DNA of 64,000 nucleotides from Antedon mediterranea (Eukaryota; Animalia; Echinodermata). The notes under the pieces are model-generated. The model searched no databases. It saw only the letters and a list, made by a program, of their open reading frames with translations, and was not told the origin of the DNA. A program made the translations under genes and the position numbers. Positions 12,266 through 23,995 of this stretch are shown piece after piece. Positions within the stretch are counted from its first letter, which is position 1. Every line of letters starts with the position of its first letter. The DNA lies in contig NC_092678.1 in assembly GCF_964355755.1 (NCBI RefSeq), positions 20,415,365 to 20,479,364 of the forward strand. Reading direction: 5' to 3'.

Positions 12266-12982
12266 AGATGTTTTCAGTAGAGAAGAAAAAACTATTTAGT
12301 TTTCGGTATCTGATAGTTTTAATATTTCATCTATGACGTATTGTGATGCTGTCATCATATCCTAAGAAGTTGTACATTGTAATGATTGTGTTAAAACAGA
12401 AACAGTAACGTTTCACCATTACCTTTATAGGTGGATCTTCTAACATCCGTGCATATTATAATTACGTCATCGTATTTTATTTTCAGGATCTTAATTACCT
12501 AGTTACTTACTAGTAGCATGGGATAAAAACAACATCTCGCAATTAGTACTCGATTTCAGTGGCAACGCAATTTAGCAAATATTGTATTGGACGAGTTTGA
12601 TTTCACTGAACAAATAATCGATATCGAAAATATCGATTGATATAAATAGATAACTTCAACAAACAGACCCAATAATAACAACTGATTTCTAGATATTATA
12701 AGTAACACGAGAGTAAGTAAGTTTATTTATGACAACCTTACGGCGCTTAACTGTTGGCATCATTATTCAATGTTCGCTGACTAGACTTTTGATTTTACAA
12801 TAGCACTCGGTCAACTTTCGCTGATTTATAGACTTTTATTCGATTCATCAGCGCGAACTCTCATTAAGTATTTTAAATTGTTTGAACTATTTATAAACGT
12901 TCGTTACATCTTACAATGCAGTATACTGCTGTATACCTCTATTGACCTTTTCATCAAGAGAAAAGTTAAACTGTCGAGAAAC

Positions 12983-13852
12983 ATGGATAACAACACAAAG
13001 CATCAAGAAGAAAACAAAATAGACTATGCCAATATAGTGTGTGGATTTGTATGGATATCTGTATCCTTTTGGATAATTATAAGTAATGCATTCGTTATTA
13101 TTTTCAATATCTGGAAAAGACTGTACCAGGAAAACTTGACAAAGCGTATCCAGTTGAGTTTAAGCATAATTGACTTTATCTCTGGAATTTTTGGCAGTAT
13201 ATGGGTAGTTCAAGCACTGGTGGAAAGATCAACATTCGAATTTGTACTGCTTTGCATTGTACTGGATCTGGTGTTTATATCACAGCTACTGCTGTGCTTA
13301 TTATCAATCGAAAGATATGTAGGAATAGTTTATCCGCTGCATTATCACCAAATGATGACGTCACGTGTCGTAAATACTGGTATTGCGGTTACAATAGTAA
13401 CAGGCTTTCTCATACTCATAGTTGGTGGATTCGTTTCAACTTACATTGGCACGTCTGGTTTTTTAGTAGCCTTTGGTACAATACGTCTACTAATTCTCGT
13501 CTTGATATTCGTATTCAATGTCATTATTTATTTCAAAGCAAGAGAACAACAGCTAAAAATTACCGCAATGGAGAATCTTGTAATCAGATCAAAACGGACA
13601 AAAGACTACAAGGCAACGAAAACTACACTGATCATTGTGGGCACGTATTTTATATGTATATTTCCACAATTGGTATTTTCACTGTATTACTCTGTTTTGG
13701 AAGTCATTCATGGAAAAAAAATGTACGATAGCGTTTTATTAGTGGTTCTATTTACAGTTACCTATTTAAACTCGGGAATGAACCCTATCGTGTATTTCTT
13801 TAGGAATGAGCAGTTTATTAAGTATTTTCGTTCTGTGATGAGAAAAGCATGA
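12983..13852 (+). CDS. Intronless class A GPCR, copy 6
   Basis: In-frame ATG at 12983 (MDNNTK); ERY, KATKT, NSGMNPIVY. Confidence 0.93.
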   Translation: MDNNTKHQEENKIDYANIVCGFVWISVSFWIIISNAFVIIFNIWKRLYQENLTKRIQLSLSIIDFISGIFGSIWVVQALVERSTFEFVLLCIVLDLVFISQLLLCLLSIERYVGIVYPLHYHQMMTSRVVNTGIAVTIVTGFLILIVGGFVSTYIGTSGFLVAFGTIRLLILVLIFVFNVIIYFKAREQQLKITAMENLVIRSKRTKDYKATKTTLIIVGTYFICIFPQLVFSLYYSVLEVIHGKKMYDSVLLVVLFTVTYLNSGMNPIVYFFRNEQFIKYFRSVMRKA

Positions 13853-15304
13853 ATAAAGTATTATATATAATATAGAATGTGACAGTAAGAAGTATAATAC
13901 AGTATTATTAGCCATATTATGGACGCCAGCTTTTCATATTCTTCTTCTCAAGTCACGCTTCATTGCTTGACAGATCCGAAAGTTTGTTGTTTAGCTACAA
14001 AACATTGGCCTAAGACGACCTAGGCATGCAAAACAGGCTTTCGTCCTCTGCGGGTGAAATCGTCTATTGCAGGCAACGAGTGTAAACAGCATATTCCGTA
14101 GGAGGTCTTTTGCTATCCAGTGAGGAGCGTTCTAATATAGACAATTGATTTTTGATGTGCAAAAAGTATAAATTATTGTATTCGAACTTATAATTTCGCC
14201 GGAAAAAATGTAAGAAACTATCATTTGTTTCGCAGAAGGGATTTAACCCTTCAGAATCGCTTGACAAAATTCGCCTAGTGCAAAACAGGCCGTAATCGAT
14301 TGACATAACATTTTATTTTGTAGGCCTAGCGCTACAATGAAATTATATTTGACGTCAAATAACTAATTAATTCACAAATAAGTGAACCATTGATATTGTT
14401 TGTTCTTTGTAGAAGAAAACTGTGGTTTGTTTTTCACCTTACACGATTGAACACATTATCTGGTACTTTCAACGTTGCATTTGCAACTAAATGTTATACA
14501 TCACGTCCTAACTACTTTAACCATTCGACCTTTAACCTATTGAATTAAGCGCATCTAGTAATTGTAATTTGTATATTGTAAAACATAATTACAATCGTAC
14601 TATCTTATTTTTTTTAATATAATATAAAATTTTCACTGACCTAATAATTAGTCCATTTTATCATGCTATCGATCGATAGCGTCTTTATCAACAAGCAACT
14701 ATAGACCTAAAAACAACAGTTAATTTCAGTATATGGATACTGTTTAAATGTACACGTTATATTGATCTAAATTTGTAGTAAGTCAGTCACCTAATGGCCT
14801 TTTGTCAAATCTGTGAACGTTGGTTCTGCACTCAACTTTTGGCATGTGATATTCATTCAATAAAGTGTATTCACAATAGACCTCGCGTTTTTTAGGATAG
14901 GATAGATGATTGTTTCACTCGTACCTACTCCTGCTAATGGTTCTTCGGTTTTTCTTCTTTGTTCGGTTAACATACGATATTTATTGATCATTGTTGCGTT
15001 TAGAAGAATTGTATTAGGCACTATTTAGGACAACAATATTAGTATTATTACTATTATTTTAGAATAGATCGGTCAGTTTTTTGCTAATGTGTGAACATTA
15101 TCTTAATCATTGTCCCTTTCGAATCATCGGCTGAAACTCTCCAGCTTTTGTTTGTAGTTTCATCAATGCCAAACCTCCGTTTTGGCGATCTATACATCTC
15201 TACTGACTCTTACAGCGTATTGTACTCTATAATAATTTCGTTGATCTTGTAATCAAGAAGAAGTGATCATCAAGCAAACAGTTCATCTACTGACGCACGA
15301 GGAC

Positions 15305-16174
15305 ATGGATAACACAACAGATGAAGAAGACACCAAAATAGAATATGTTAACATAATATGTGGATTTTTTTGGTTTTTTGTATCTATTTGGATAATTATA
15401 AGTAATGCATCCATTATTATTTTCAATATCTGGAAAAGACTATACCACGATAACATGACTAAACGTGTCCAATTAAGTTTAAGCATAATTGATTTCACTT
15501 CTGGAATGATTGGTATTATATGGGCAGTTCAGGTACTTTCCTTTAAAAGATCAACATTCGAATATCTACTGCTCTGTATGTTCTTATGCCTTGTGTTCAT
15601 ATCACAATTACAGTTGTGTTTATTATCAATCGAACGATACGTAGCAATAGTTTATCCATTTCGTCACCATCAACTGATGACGTCACGTATCGTAAATATC
15701 GGTATTGCAGCCACAATAGTAACAGGATTTCTCATACTCCTAGCTGGTGGATTCATTTCCATTTACATTAGCACGCCGGTGTTTTTAGTAGTTTTTGATA
15801 CAATACGTCTACTAATTCTCGTCTTGATATTCGTATTCAATGTCATTATATATTTCAAAGCAAGAGAGCAACAGCTAAAAATTACCGCAATGGAGAATCT
15901 TGTAACCAGATCAAATCGCACAAAGGACTACAAGGCAACGAAAACTACACTGATCATTGTGGGCACGTATTTTATATGTATTTTTCCACAATTGGTATAT
16001 TTACTTTATTTTTCTATACTGGAAGTCATTCATGGAAAAAAGATGTACGATGACGTAATACTAATTATACTATTTACACTTTCCTACTTAAACTCGGGAA
16101 TGAATCCCATCGTGTATTCCTTTAGGAATGAGCAATTTATTAAATATTTTCGTTCTTTGATGAGGAAAGTCTGA
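15305..16174 (+). CDS. Intronless class A GPCR, copy 7 (closest paralog of copy 6)
   Basis: In-frame ATG at 15305 (MDNTTD); TM5-TM6 DNA nearly identical to copy 6; flanks also alignable (~14250-14390 vs ~16290-16430). Confidence 0.93.
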   Translation: MDNTTDEEDTKIEYVNIICGFFWFFVSIWIIISNASIIIFNIWKRLYHDNMTKRVQLSLSIIDFTSGMIGIIWAVQVLSFKRSTFEYLLLCMFLCLVFISQLQLCLLSIERYVAIVYPFRHHQLMTSRIVNIGIAATIVTGFLILLAGGFISIYISTPVFLVVFDTIRLLILVLIFVFNVIIYFKAREQQLKITAMENLVTRSNRTKDYKATKTTLIIVGTYFICIFPQLVYLLYFSILEVIHGKKMYDDVILIILFTLSYLNSGMNPIVYSFRNEQFIKYFRSLMRKV

Positions 16175-16834
16175 TTCTGAAATTCAATGAGAAAAAAAAT
16201 AAGTGAGCAGCGCCCTCGATATTGAAAGTAAATTCGTCGAAGAAAAGGAATTGAAGTTGACAATATGAATACGCATGCGTATAAGATGACGCTTTTGAAT
16301 CGCACGAACAAATTCGCCAAGTGGACAACAGGACTTAATCGATTGTCATAACATGTTATTTTGTAGACCTACATAAACTACAACGAAATCATAATTGACA
16401 TATTTGATTTCACTGTCAAACAACAAATTAATCCATTTTTAATATAATATTGATCGATGAAAGATATTTTTTTAAACTGATTAAGAAATGGCAGTCTAGG
16501 GTAGGCTACACGTTATATGTTTAATAAATCACCCAGGACTTTACTGTTAGTATTACACTTATGTTTGCATATTATTGTAATATTTTCTCAGCAAGTAGAA
16601 GATTGACATTTACCGTAGACCCTCGAGTTCATGATACTGCATTGATGCTGAAATATCGCTTCTTTAAGGCTTCATTTTTTCCACCATTGTTTTCTTCGAT
16701 TCATCGCTCCAATTTGATAATTCACCGCGAGCATCTTTTTAGACTATAGGCCTACTGTATTTATAAAATAAGACTTTGCTGAAACCACAATTGTACACAT
16801 TCATTGATATTTTATTGCTCTTTATGTTACTAAC

Positions 16835-17707
16835 ATGAATAATACAACAGGTGAAGAAGTAACCAAATTACGTTATACTAGCCTGACAGTATGTGGATCT
16901 GTATGGATATTTTTATCTCTCTGGATAATTATAAGTAATTCGTTCGTTATTGTTTTTATTATCAAGACAAGACTTTACCACGCCAACATGACAAAGCGAA
17001 TCCAGTTAAGTTTAGGTATAATTGACTTCAGCTCTGGTGTAATTGGAAGTGTGTGGGCAGTTCAGGGACTTTTACTGAAAAAATCAAGATTCAATTTTTT
17101 TCAGGATTGTGTTTTGTTGTTTACAGTGTTTATATCGCAGCTACATCTGTGTTTATTATCAATTGAAAGATACGTAGCAATAGTCTATCCGTTTCGTCAT
17201 CATCAACTGATGACGTCACGTGTTGTCAACACTGGAATTGCGGCTACAATAGTAACAGCAATGTTCATGTTCATTGCAGGAGGATTCATAGCATTTTATA
17301 TCAACCTGTCTAGTTTCTTCATAATCTTTGATACGATTCGTGTAATAATTCTACTGTTAGTGTGCGTATTCAATATTATCATTTATTTTAAAGCTAGAAA
17401 ACAACAACAAAAAATCGCCGCAATAGAGAATGCTGTCATCAGATCGAAACGCGCGAAAGACTACAAAGCTACGAAAACAACTCTCATCATTATCGGTACA
17501 TATTTCGTATGTATTTTCCCTTTTTGCGTCTACTTTTTGTCTCACTCTATATTATATATTATCCATGGTAAATTATTATACGATGAAACAATTACCCTTG
17601 TTCTATTGACAGTTACGTATTTAAACTCTGGTATGAATCCTATTGTGTATTCCTTTAGGAATGAGCAATTTATTCACTATTTTTGTTCATTGATAAGGAA
17701 AGGCTAA
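16835..17707 (+). CDS. Intronless class A GPCR, copy 8
   Basis: 290-aa ORF with the same motif set. Confidence 0.93.
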   Translation: MNNTTGEEVTKLRYTSLTVCGSVWIFLSLWIIISNSFVIVFIIKTRLYHANMTKRIQLSLGIIDFSSGVIGSVWAVQGLLLKKSRFNFFQDCVLLFTVFISQLHLCLLSIERYVAIVYPFRHHQLMTSRVVNTGIAATIVTAMFMFIAGGFIAFYINLSSFFIIFDTIRVIILLLVCVFNIIIYFKARKQQQKIAAIENAVIRSKRAKDYKATKTTLIIIGTYFVCIFPFCVYFLSHSILYIIHGKLLYDETITLVLLTVTYLNSGMNPIVYSFRNEQFIHYFCSLIRKG

Positions 17708-18305
17708 CGAATGTTGAACATGTGGGTGTCATTCACATATTTTGTGATTGGTACAATATGAATGCTTTTACTATTAGCATGATTAGGCCTATTTATTAAC
17801 AATACAAAATGGCCTATTCAAAATATTTTGATGGACAATACATCTTTAACTCGAATTTAAACTTAACTTACAAACAATTTGACTAACTGTATCATATCCA
17901 GATGGTAGAACGTATTAAACAATAAATGAAAAAAAAAATTGTTTGGTACATCTTAATTAAAACATAGGCCTATTTATTAACTTTCTAAAAAATAATTAAC
18001 ACTAACTAACAAGTCTCAAATAACCTTATCGCGTTTTCTATCGTTTTGCTATGAACAATTATTAGAATAATTAAATCGGTAAAATATGTTGTTTGAAAAA
18101 AAAAGAGCTGCTCGAATTGTAACTAACAACTTCGATTATATTAATGTAAGGGGTGACAACATCATCCAGAACCTATCGTGGCAAACTCTTGAAGAGAAAC
18201 GAGATTTCTCCCTAGCATGTCTAATGTATAAATGTGTTTACGGCCTTGCACCAATTAGATTAGTAAATGAAATTGAATTGATTCGCGATATTCACACCCA
18301 CTTAA

Positions 18306-21300
18306 GAGCCATTGTCTGTAAAAATCAAAGATTTGGTGGCAGATGTAAAAAAATGGATTTCTCTCAAATTTTTACCATAAAAAGCAATAAAAAGCATATC
18401 TACAACATTCATTTCAATTTTTAGCCTCCGTTGCCATGACAACGGTCAATTATCCAAATTTTGATGTTTTTGCCATTTTTCACAGATTTTCTATAGTGAA
18501 AAAGTACAAACTTGTATACTTATTTTAACCAAAAATACTTACAGTATACAGTTTTAGTTTATAGCAGTGTAAACAACATGTATTGAGTTCCATTTAATGT
18601 AGAAAAAAAATAAATTACAAAATGGAGTTTGGTTGATACCATTATTTTAAAAAGGGGTGTTTTTAAAAAATATTTTTTTTATAAAAGTATACCTCATAAA
18701 CGTACCTATAACTTCCAAAGTGGTGTTTTTAAATCAATGAGGTTTTTTAATTTGATAGTCAATAGGTTTGTCAACAATAATCACGAAAAAAACACTGGGG
18801 TAAATTTTGTACATAGGTTTTGTGTTGCCAGGAAAATACGAAAAATACAAAAAATATAACAAAATATCAACAAACAAAACACATGAAACACAATTTAAAT
18901 ATGGCTAATCCAATAATAAAATGTATATGTGGCTTGTCATAATGCTACTAGAGTCATACGAATATTTTATATAAAATAGGAGAATGTGTTGCCAGGTTTA
19001 TTTCAATTAATTGCCAGAAAAACAGTATTTTGCATTGAAATATGTAGTTGATGGAAAATAATGTTAAACTTGGAAATAATTGCGTCAATGGTTTTTATAA
19101 ATTTTTAAATCTATTTTGTGTAAAGAGATACAGAAAGACTTCCCAAAAAATCTGACCTTGTAAATAGGTCATTTGAGGTCAAAAGGGGTCAGAATGCAAA
19201 ACAGGACAGGTCCCCACTTTACTACAACTATTAATGTTTGATCAAAATTTACAAGATAGTTCATAACAATTCTCAACAATTTTCTTATTTTACCTATAGT
19301 GTTACCTTAGCAACCATTTCTATGTGTAACTAAGGAAAGTAATTTTTTTTTAAACGTAAAAAATGGCGTTTTTATAAATACAAAGAATTGATTGCATTTT
19401 TCATTTTTCTCAATTTTACTTCTACTGCATTCCATTAATGACAAACTTGACCTTGTAAATTCATTCATTTTGAGGTCAACATTTTACTTTAAATACTGAA
19501 TCCTAATAATCTCAGAAATAAAGTCTTGACGAATCTGAATAAAGGTAAAAAAATGACCTTTAGTGTTATCTTAAACCTGTTTACGTAACAAATGATATTT
19601 AAAAAAAAAATTAAATATGGAGTTTCATGAAAAAAAAAATTGTTTACATATTGAGGTCAAATGACATCAACATTTTACCTATAGTGTATTGTAGCAACTG
19701 TTTCTATACGTAACTAAGTACAATATTTTTAATATGGGGTTTCATGACTACAAACAATTGATTACATAGCTTATACTACCTTTTCCCAAATTTACTTATC
19801 TACTGAATCCCAGAAAATGTGTGACCTTGTGAAAGGGTCATTTTTTGGGTCAAGTTATGTCAAAATGTATTATTTATGTTATCTTAGAACCTGTTTCTAT
19901 GTATAACTAAGGATAATTGTTTTTTTAAATACAGTTGAACCTCCCGTAAGTGGCCACCCTCGGGACCTGGAAAAGTGGCCGCTTACGGGCGGTGACCCCT
20001 TACGGGAGGTTCTGCCGATAAAGGGCCAAAATCACTTATTATGGCTATATACGATATTCTTAACGAAACGAGCCTCTCAATTTTCCAGCTAATTGTAGGC
20101 CTATTATTATTTATAATCAGGTGGTTTAGTATTTTTTAGCATTTTCAGACAAATTTTAAAAACTTTTATTATATGAAAAATGGTCGGTCAAAATCTGTGT
20201 AGTTTTCTCATCTCTTCACAGTAATGTTTTTAAAACCTCTTCAAAATAAAGCTAATATATAAAGAAATACAATAAACATGCACCTCTAATTCATAGGTCC
20301 ATGCAATAAGTATCGCATTTTTCGATTGGCCGCTTACAAAAAATCTCATTTTGAGTATAAAAAGGTGCCCGCAGTTGCTTACGGTAAGCACCAAATGCAC
20401 TAATTGGATAGGAAGAACAAACAGGCTTTTCAAAGTGCGTCCGTTAAGGGAGGTGGCCGCTGTAAATAAAATATGGGGTTTTCATGAATAAAAATAATCA
20501 CAGAAGAAAGTGCTTACGAATATGACCTTGTGAAACGGTAATTTGAAAATGCAAATAAGGCATGCCTGCTAATAATCTATAAATTTAAATTTGTATGAGA
20601 TAAATATGCAAAATCTAAAGAATATCTCATTTTTAGTTACCATAGTAACTGTTGCTATGCATAACTAAGGGAAATTAAATAATTATCAGATAATTATTAA
20701 TTAATAATTAATACTGAATCCAACCATCACAGTAAAAAAAAATATAGAATTTAAAACCAATATTTAATAATAAAGTGTGATATTTTACATGCTGACCTTA
20801 AATGAAATGAAATTTCAAAAAATCAGGGCTTCAATATTTGTTATGTAGCATTAACATACCTGAGTATATCATTGACTTTTGATTGGTTCTATTTTGGGGA
20901 GGGGAAAGTGGTGGATCCAGGACTTTTAAATAGTTAGGGGGTTGAAGGCGAGGGTCTAAAAACTTAACTTTATGTCCTATCTTTTGCATTTCAATTTTTA
21001 ACTTGGGGTGGGTGGGGGCTTGGAGAAATGAGGAGGGGATGGGATGGAGGAGTTTGAATCCGTCTATTCATTGGGGCGATAGTAGCGGCAGTGTGGGTGG
21101 TGCTTGAATGCATGCATTTGACACTCTATAGTGGATGATCGACCAAAGTGTTGCAGTTTATCTTTTTGTGGTTATAGTTGGTCGGGGTGGGGTGGGGGGT
21201 AGTCGAAAGTGGTGGTGGATGGGCATGTGGGATCTGCTTAGGTTAGCAAATAAAAGAAGTAAACAAATGAAAGAGGAGCTTCAAAATAAGAGTGGAGTAA

Positions 21301-22097
21301 TCTGTTGCAAAGATTAAAATTCACAACGATCTGATAATTTATTCAAATTTTCAGAGGATATAACCTATAAAATGACATTAAAACTGGGAATTACAGAATC
21401 TATAATTAAAATTTTTTTTTTTTCTCACAACACAACTAGAACTATATAAAACATTAAGAATTTTTCTGACCAATGAGTTTCAAATCAAATAATTAAAGAA
21501 AATAAAATGTTTTTACTAATATACCATATATTTTTTTTTTATAAAAATGCCTATGTTTCTCGCAACACTGCTTGTAGATTTTAAATTTACCCCAGTATTT
21601 TATTTTAGAAATCAATTATTAAACATTAGAACTACCTATTTGTAATAAATCAGCTAAAAAAAAACACCACTTTGGGCGTTATGGTGAAGTAAAGTTTAGT
21701 TGCATTGAACAATTTAAAAAAAGTGAAAAACACCCCTTTTTAAATAAATGGTATCTCCCAAGGTATGAAATAAAAAAAATAAAAAAATTTGAAACAGGTA
21801 TACAATGCATTGTTATTATGCATACACTAATTATTTTTTATAATTAAATGAACAACACAAAAATATCGTTCATCAAAGTAGTACCAATATCCATTTTAAA
21901 AAACCTTAAAAAAGGACAAAATTTGTCAAAAACACAAATTTGGCCGTTGCCATGGAAATATACGTGTGAAATAAAAAATACTTCATATTTGATTTCTCTC
22001 AACACATATATAGCCATGTGCAAAATTTGAAATAAATCCATTTTTTTGAGTCTGCCACTCTTTTTGATATTTCTTTGATTCTTACAGACAATGGCTC
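18306..22097. mobile_element. Non-autonomous Kolobok-type DNA transposon (3792 bp)
   Basis: TTAA at 18302-18305 and 22098-22101. Terminal inverted repeat (TIR) gagccattgtctgtaa(a/g)aatcaaaga with further imperfect subterminal symmetry. Purine termini (GA..TC) fit Kolobok rather than piggyBac. No transposase ORF seen. Confidence 0.85.
19932..20462. mobile_element. TA-flanked pogo/Tigger-like MITE nested in the Kolobok-type element
   Basis: TA|cagttgaacctcccgtaagtggccacc ... gtccgttaagggaggtggccgctg|TA; imperfect TIRs with internal subrepeats; interrupts a host repeat (ttaaata...tggggtttcatga). Confidence 0.65.
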
Positions 22098-22477
22098 TTA
22101 ACACGTGGAGTAGAAAATTTGAATGTAACAATACCTAAATACACCCTTAGTAAAATGAATTCGTCCTTTAAAGTTGCAGGCGCAAAAATATGGAACAATT
22201 TACCAATTAATATTAAATCGGCACCAACAATTACGTCCTTTAAGGCTAGATACAAATCTCATTTCTTTTCATAAAAAACTGACATGTATTATATTTAATT
22301 AAGTTTCTCTTTTGTATATTTTGATTAAGACAGGACCACAATGTAAAACAGATACACTGTTATCTGATTGTTTTATCCTGTATAAATATATTATTTATTA
22401 TTATTATTATTAATGTTTACATGGCGAAATCAAATGTACGGTACACCACGTATATTAGTTCTGAAAACAACTGTTGA

Positions 22478-22527
22478 GTTTCTCGACGTTTCGATCAATA
22501 TGCTTTGATCGTCTTCATGAGTGAGAA
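22478..22527 (-). ncRNA. Penelope-type minimal hammerhead ribozyme remnant (core C3 mutated)
   Basis: Minus strand reads ctc-ATGAAGA-c-gatcaa-agcata-ttgatc-GAAACGTC-gag, matching CUGAnGA/stem II/GAAACGUC except the first C. Confidence 0.55.
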
Positions 22528-22809
22528 TGGAAAAATCGGTAAACGAAAGCGCCCTCTTTTTCTTACATAAAATATCGGTAGAAGTATATCGGTAGATTGA
22601 AGAAGAGAAGAAAATTCTCCACGGTTACCACGGTTACAGCTTCATCAGTCTCGGCAGAAGTTTACATTAAATGGGCATTGGTGGCGAACATTCACTGGAG
22701 TGCGCTACACCATTGATGAACTGAACCGATTGTGAATGTATGTTTGATTGGTTGATATCTCCAAATATTCTGCAGTTTCGAGTTATAATTTGTAGTTACT
22801 GAAGAAAAC

Positions 22810-23676
22810 ATGAATTACTCGGGTGAGAAAGAAACCGAAATAGATTATTTTGCTTTAATATATGGACCAATATGGGGATGTATTTCTATTTGGATAATGT
22901 TAAGTAATTCATTCGTGATTGCATTTATTTTCTGGAAAAAGCTTTACCACAATAACATGACCAAACGTATCCAGTTCAGTTTAAGCATAAATGATTTTAC
23001 TTCTGGGATAATTGGTAGTGCTTGGGCTTTTCAGAACTTCTTAAAGGCCGAATCAAGATTTAGATTTTTATTGGACATTATTCTTTTGTGTTTGGTGTTC
23101 ACATCACAGTTACTGATGGGCTTGTTAGCAATCGAAAGATACATAGCAATAGTCTACCCCTTTCGTCACCATCAACTGATGACGTCACGAGTTGTAAATA
23201 TTGGAATTGTAACTATGATTGTAATAGGAATATTCATTGTAATTGGAGGCGCGTTCATTATAACGTATATTAACATAGGTGCCTTCTTCATAATGTTCGA
23301 TACAATACGTCTAATAATTCTCATCTTAATATGCATTTTTAATGTTGTTATTTATTTCAAAGCAAGAAAGCAACAACTTAAAATTGCCGCAATTGAGAAT
23401 CTTGTGATCAGATCAAAACGCACAAAGGACTACAAGGCAACGAAAACTACACTAATCATTGTGGGAACATATGTTGTATGTGTTTCCCCACTTGTGGTAT
23501 ATTTCCTGTATTGTTCTTTAGTGGAAATCATCGATGGTAAATATTCGTACAATGTTCATGTGATAGTTGTACTATTAACAATTACATATGTAAACTGTGG
23601 AATGAATCCCATCGTATATTCCTTTAGGAATGAGCAATTTATTCATTTTTTTCGTTCTTTGATGAAGAAAGGTTGA
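22810..23676 (+). CDS. Intronless class A GPCR, copy 9
   Basis: 288-aa ORF; ERYIAIVYPFRH, KATKT, NCGMNPIVYSFR. Confidence 0.93.
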   Translation: MNYSGEKETEIDYFALIYGPIWGCISIWIMLSNSFVIAFIFWKKLYHNNMTKRIQFSLSINDFTSGIIGSAWAFQNFLKAESRFRFLLDIILLCLVFTSQLLMGLLAIERYIAIVYPFRHHQLMTSRVVNIGIVTMIVIGIFIVIGGAFIITYINIGAFFIMFDTIRLIILILICIFNVVIYFKARKQQLKIAAIENLVIRSKRTKDYKATKTTLIIVGTYVVCVSPLVVYFLYCSLVEIIDGKYSYNVHVIVVLLTITYVNCGMNPIVYSFRNEQFIHFFRSLMKKG

Positions 23677-23995
23677 ATAATCTTAAAATATGAAGGCAGT
23701 TTATTGACTATGATTGTGATTCTCACAAATGTTATGAAAACGATCAATAGTCTGTGGCTATTTATTACAGAAATACATATGAATATAGGCCTAATACAGT
23801 GTAGAAAAGTATTAAAGATTGAAACGTGTTAAAGTACAATATAGAGGTAGGCCTATCTTCTTGTACTAACATATTACCTCTGTGCACTGTCGCCCAGCGC
23901 ATTATTAGCGTTCAATAGTAATGGTTTGTTTCAAATCCCAGTTAGAAGACCAGTAATTGAATCGGTGACGTAAAAGTCAGCAGTTAATTTACCCT

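Larger units (their letters stand above)
18090..22412 (+). mobile_element. 5'-truncated LINE 3' end (L2/Crack/CR1-group-like ORF2 C-terminus), split by a DNA transposon
   Basis: KKRAARIVTN...LSWQTLEEKR...LMYKCVYGLAP...DIHTHL (to 18304) continues in frame at 22101 with TRGVENLNVTIP...SFKVAGAKIWNNLPINIKSAPTITSFKARYKSHFFS* (stop ~22274), then a short 3' UTR and a (TAT)n tail. Confidence 0.85.

Noticed and set aside
8977-15304. Extended N-termini from TTG/GTG starts at 8977, 12878 and 15263
   Set aside because: Downstream in-frame ATGs align with paralog starts and N-glycosylation sequons.
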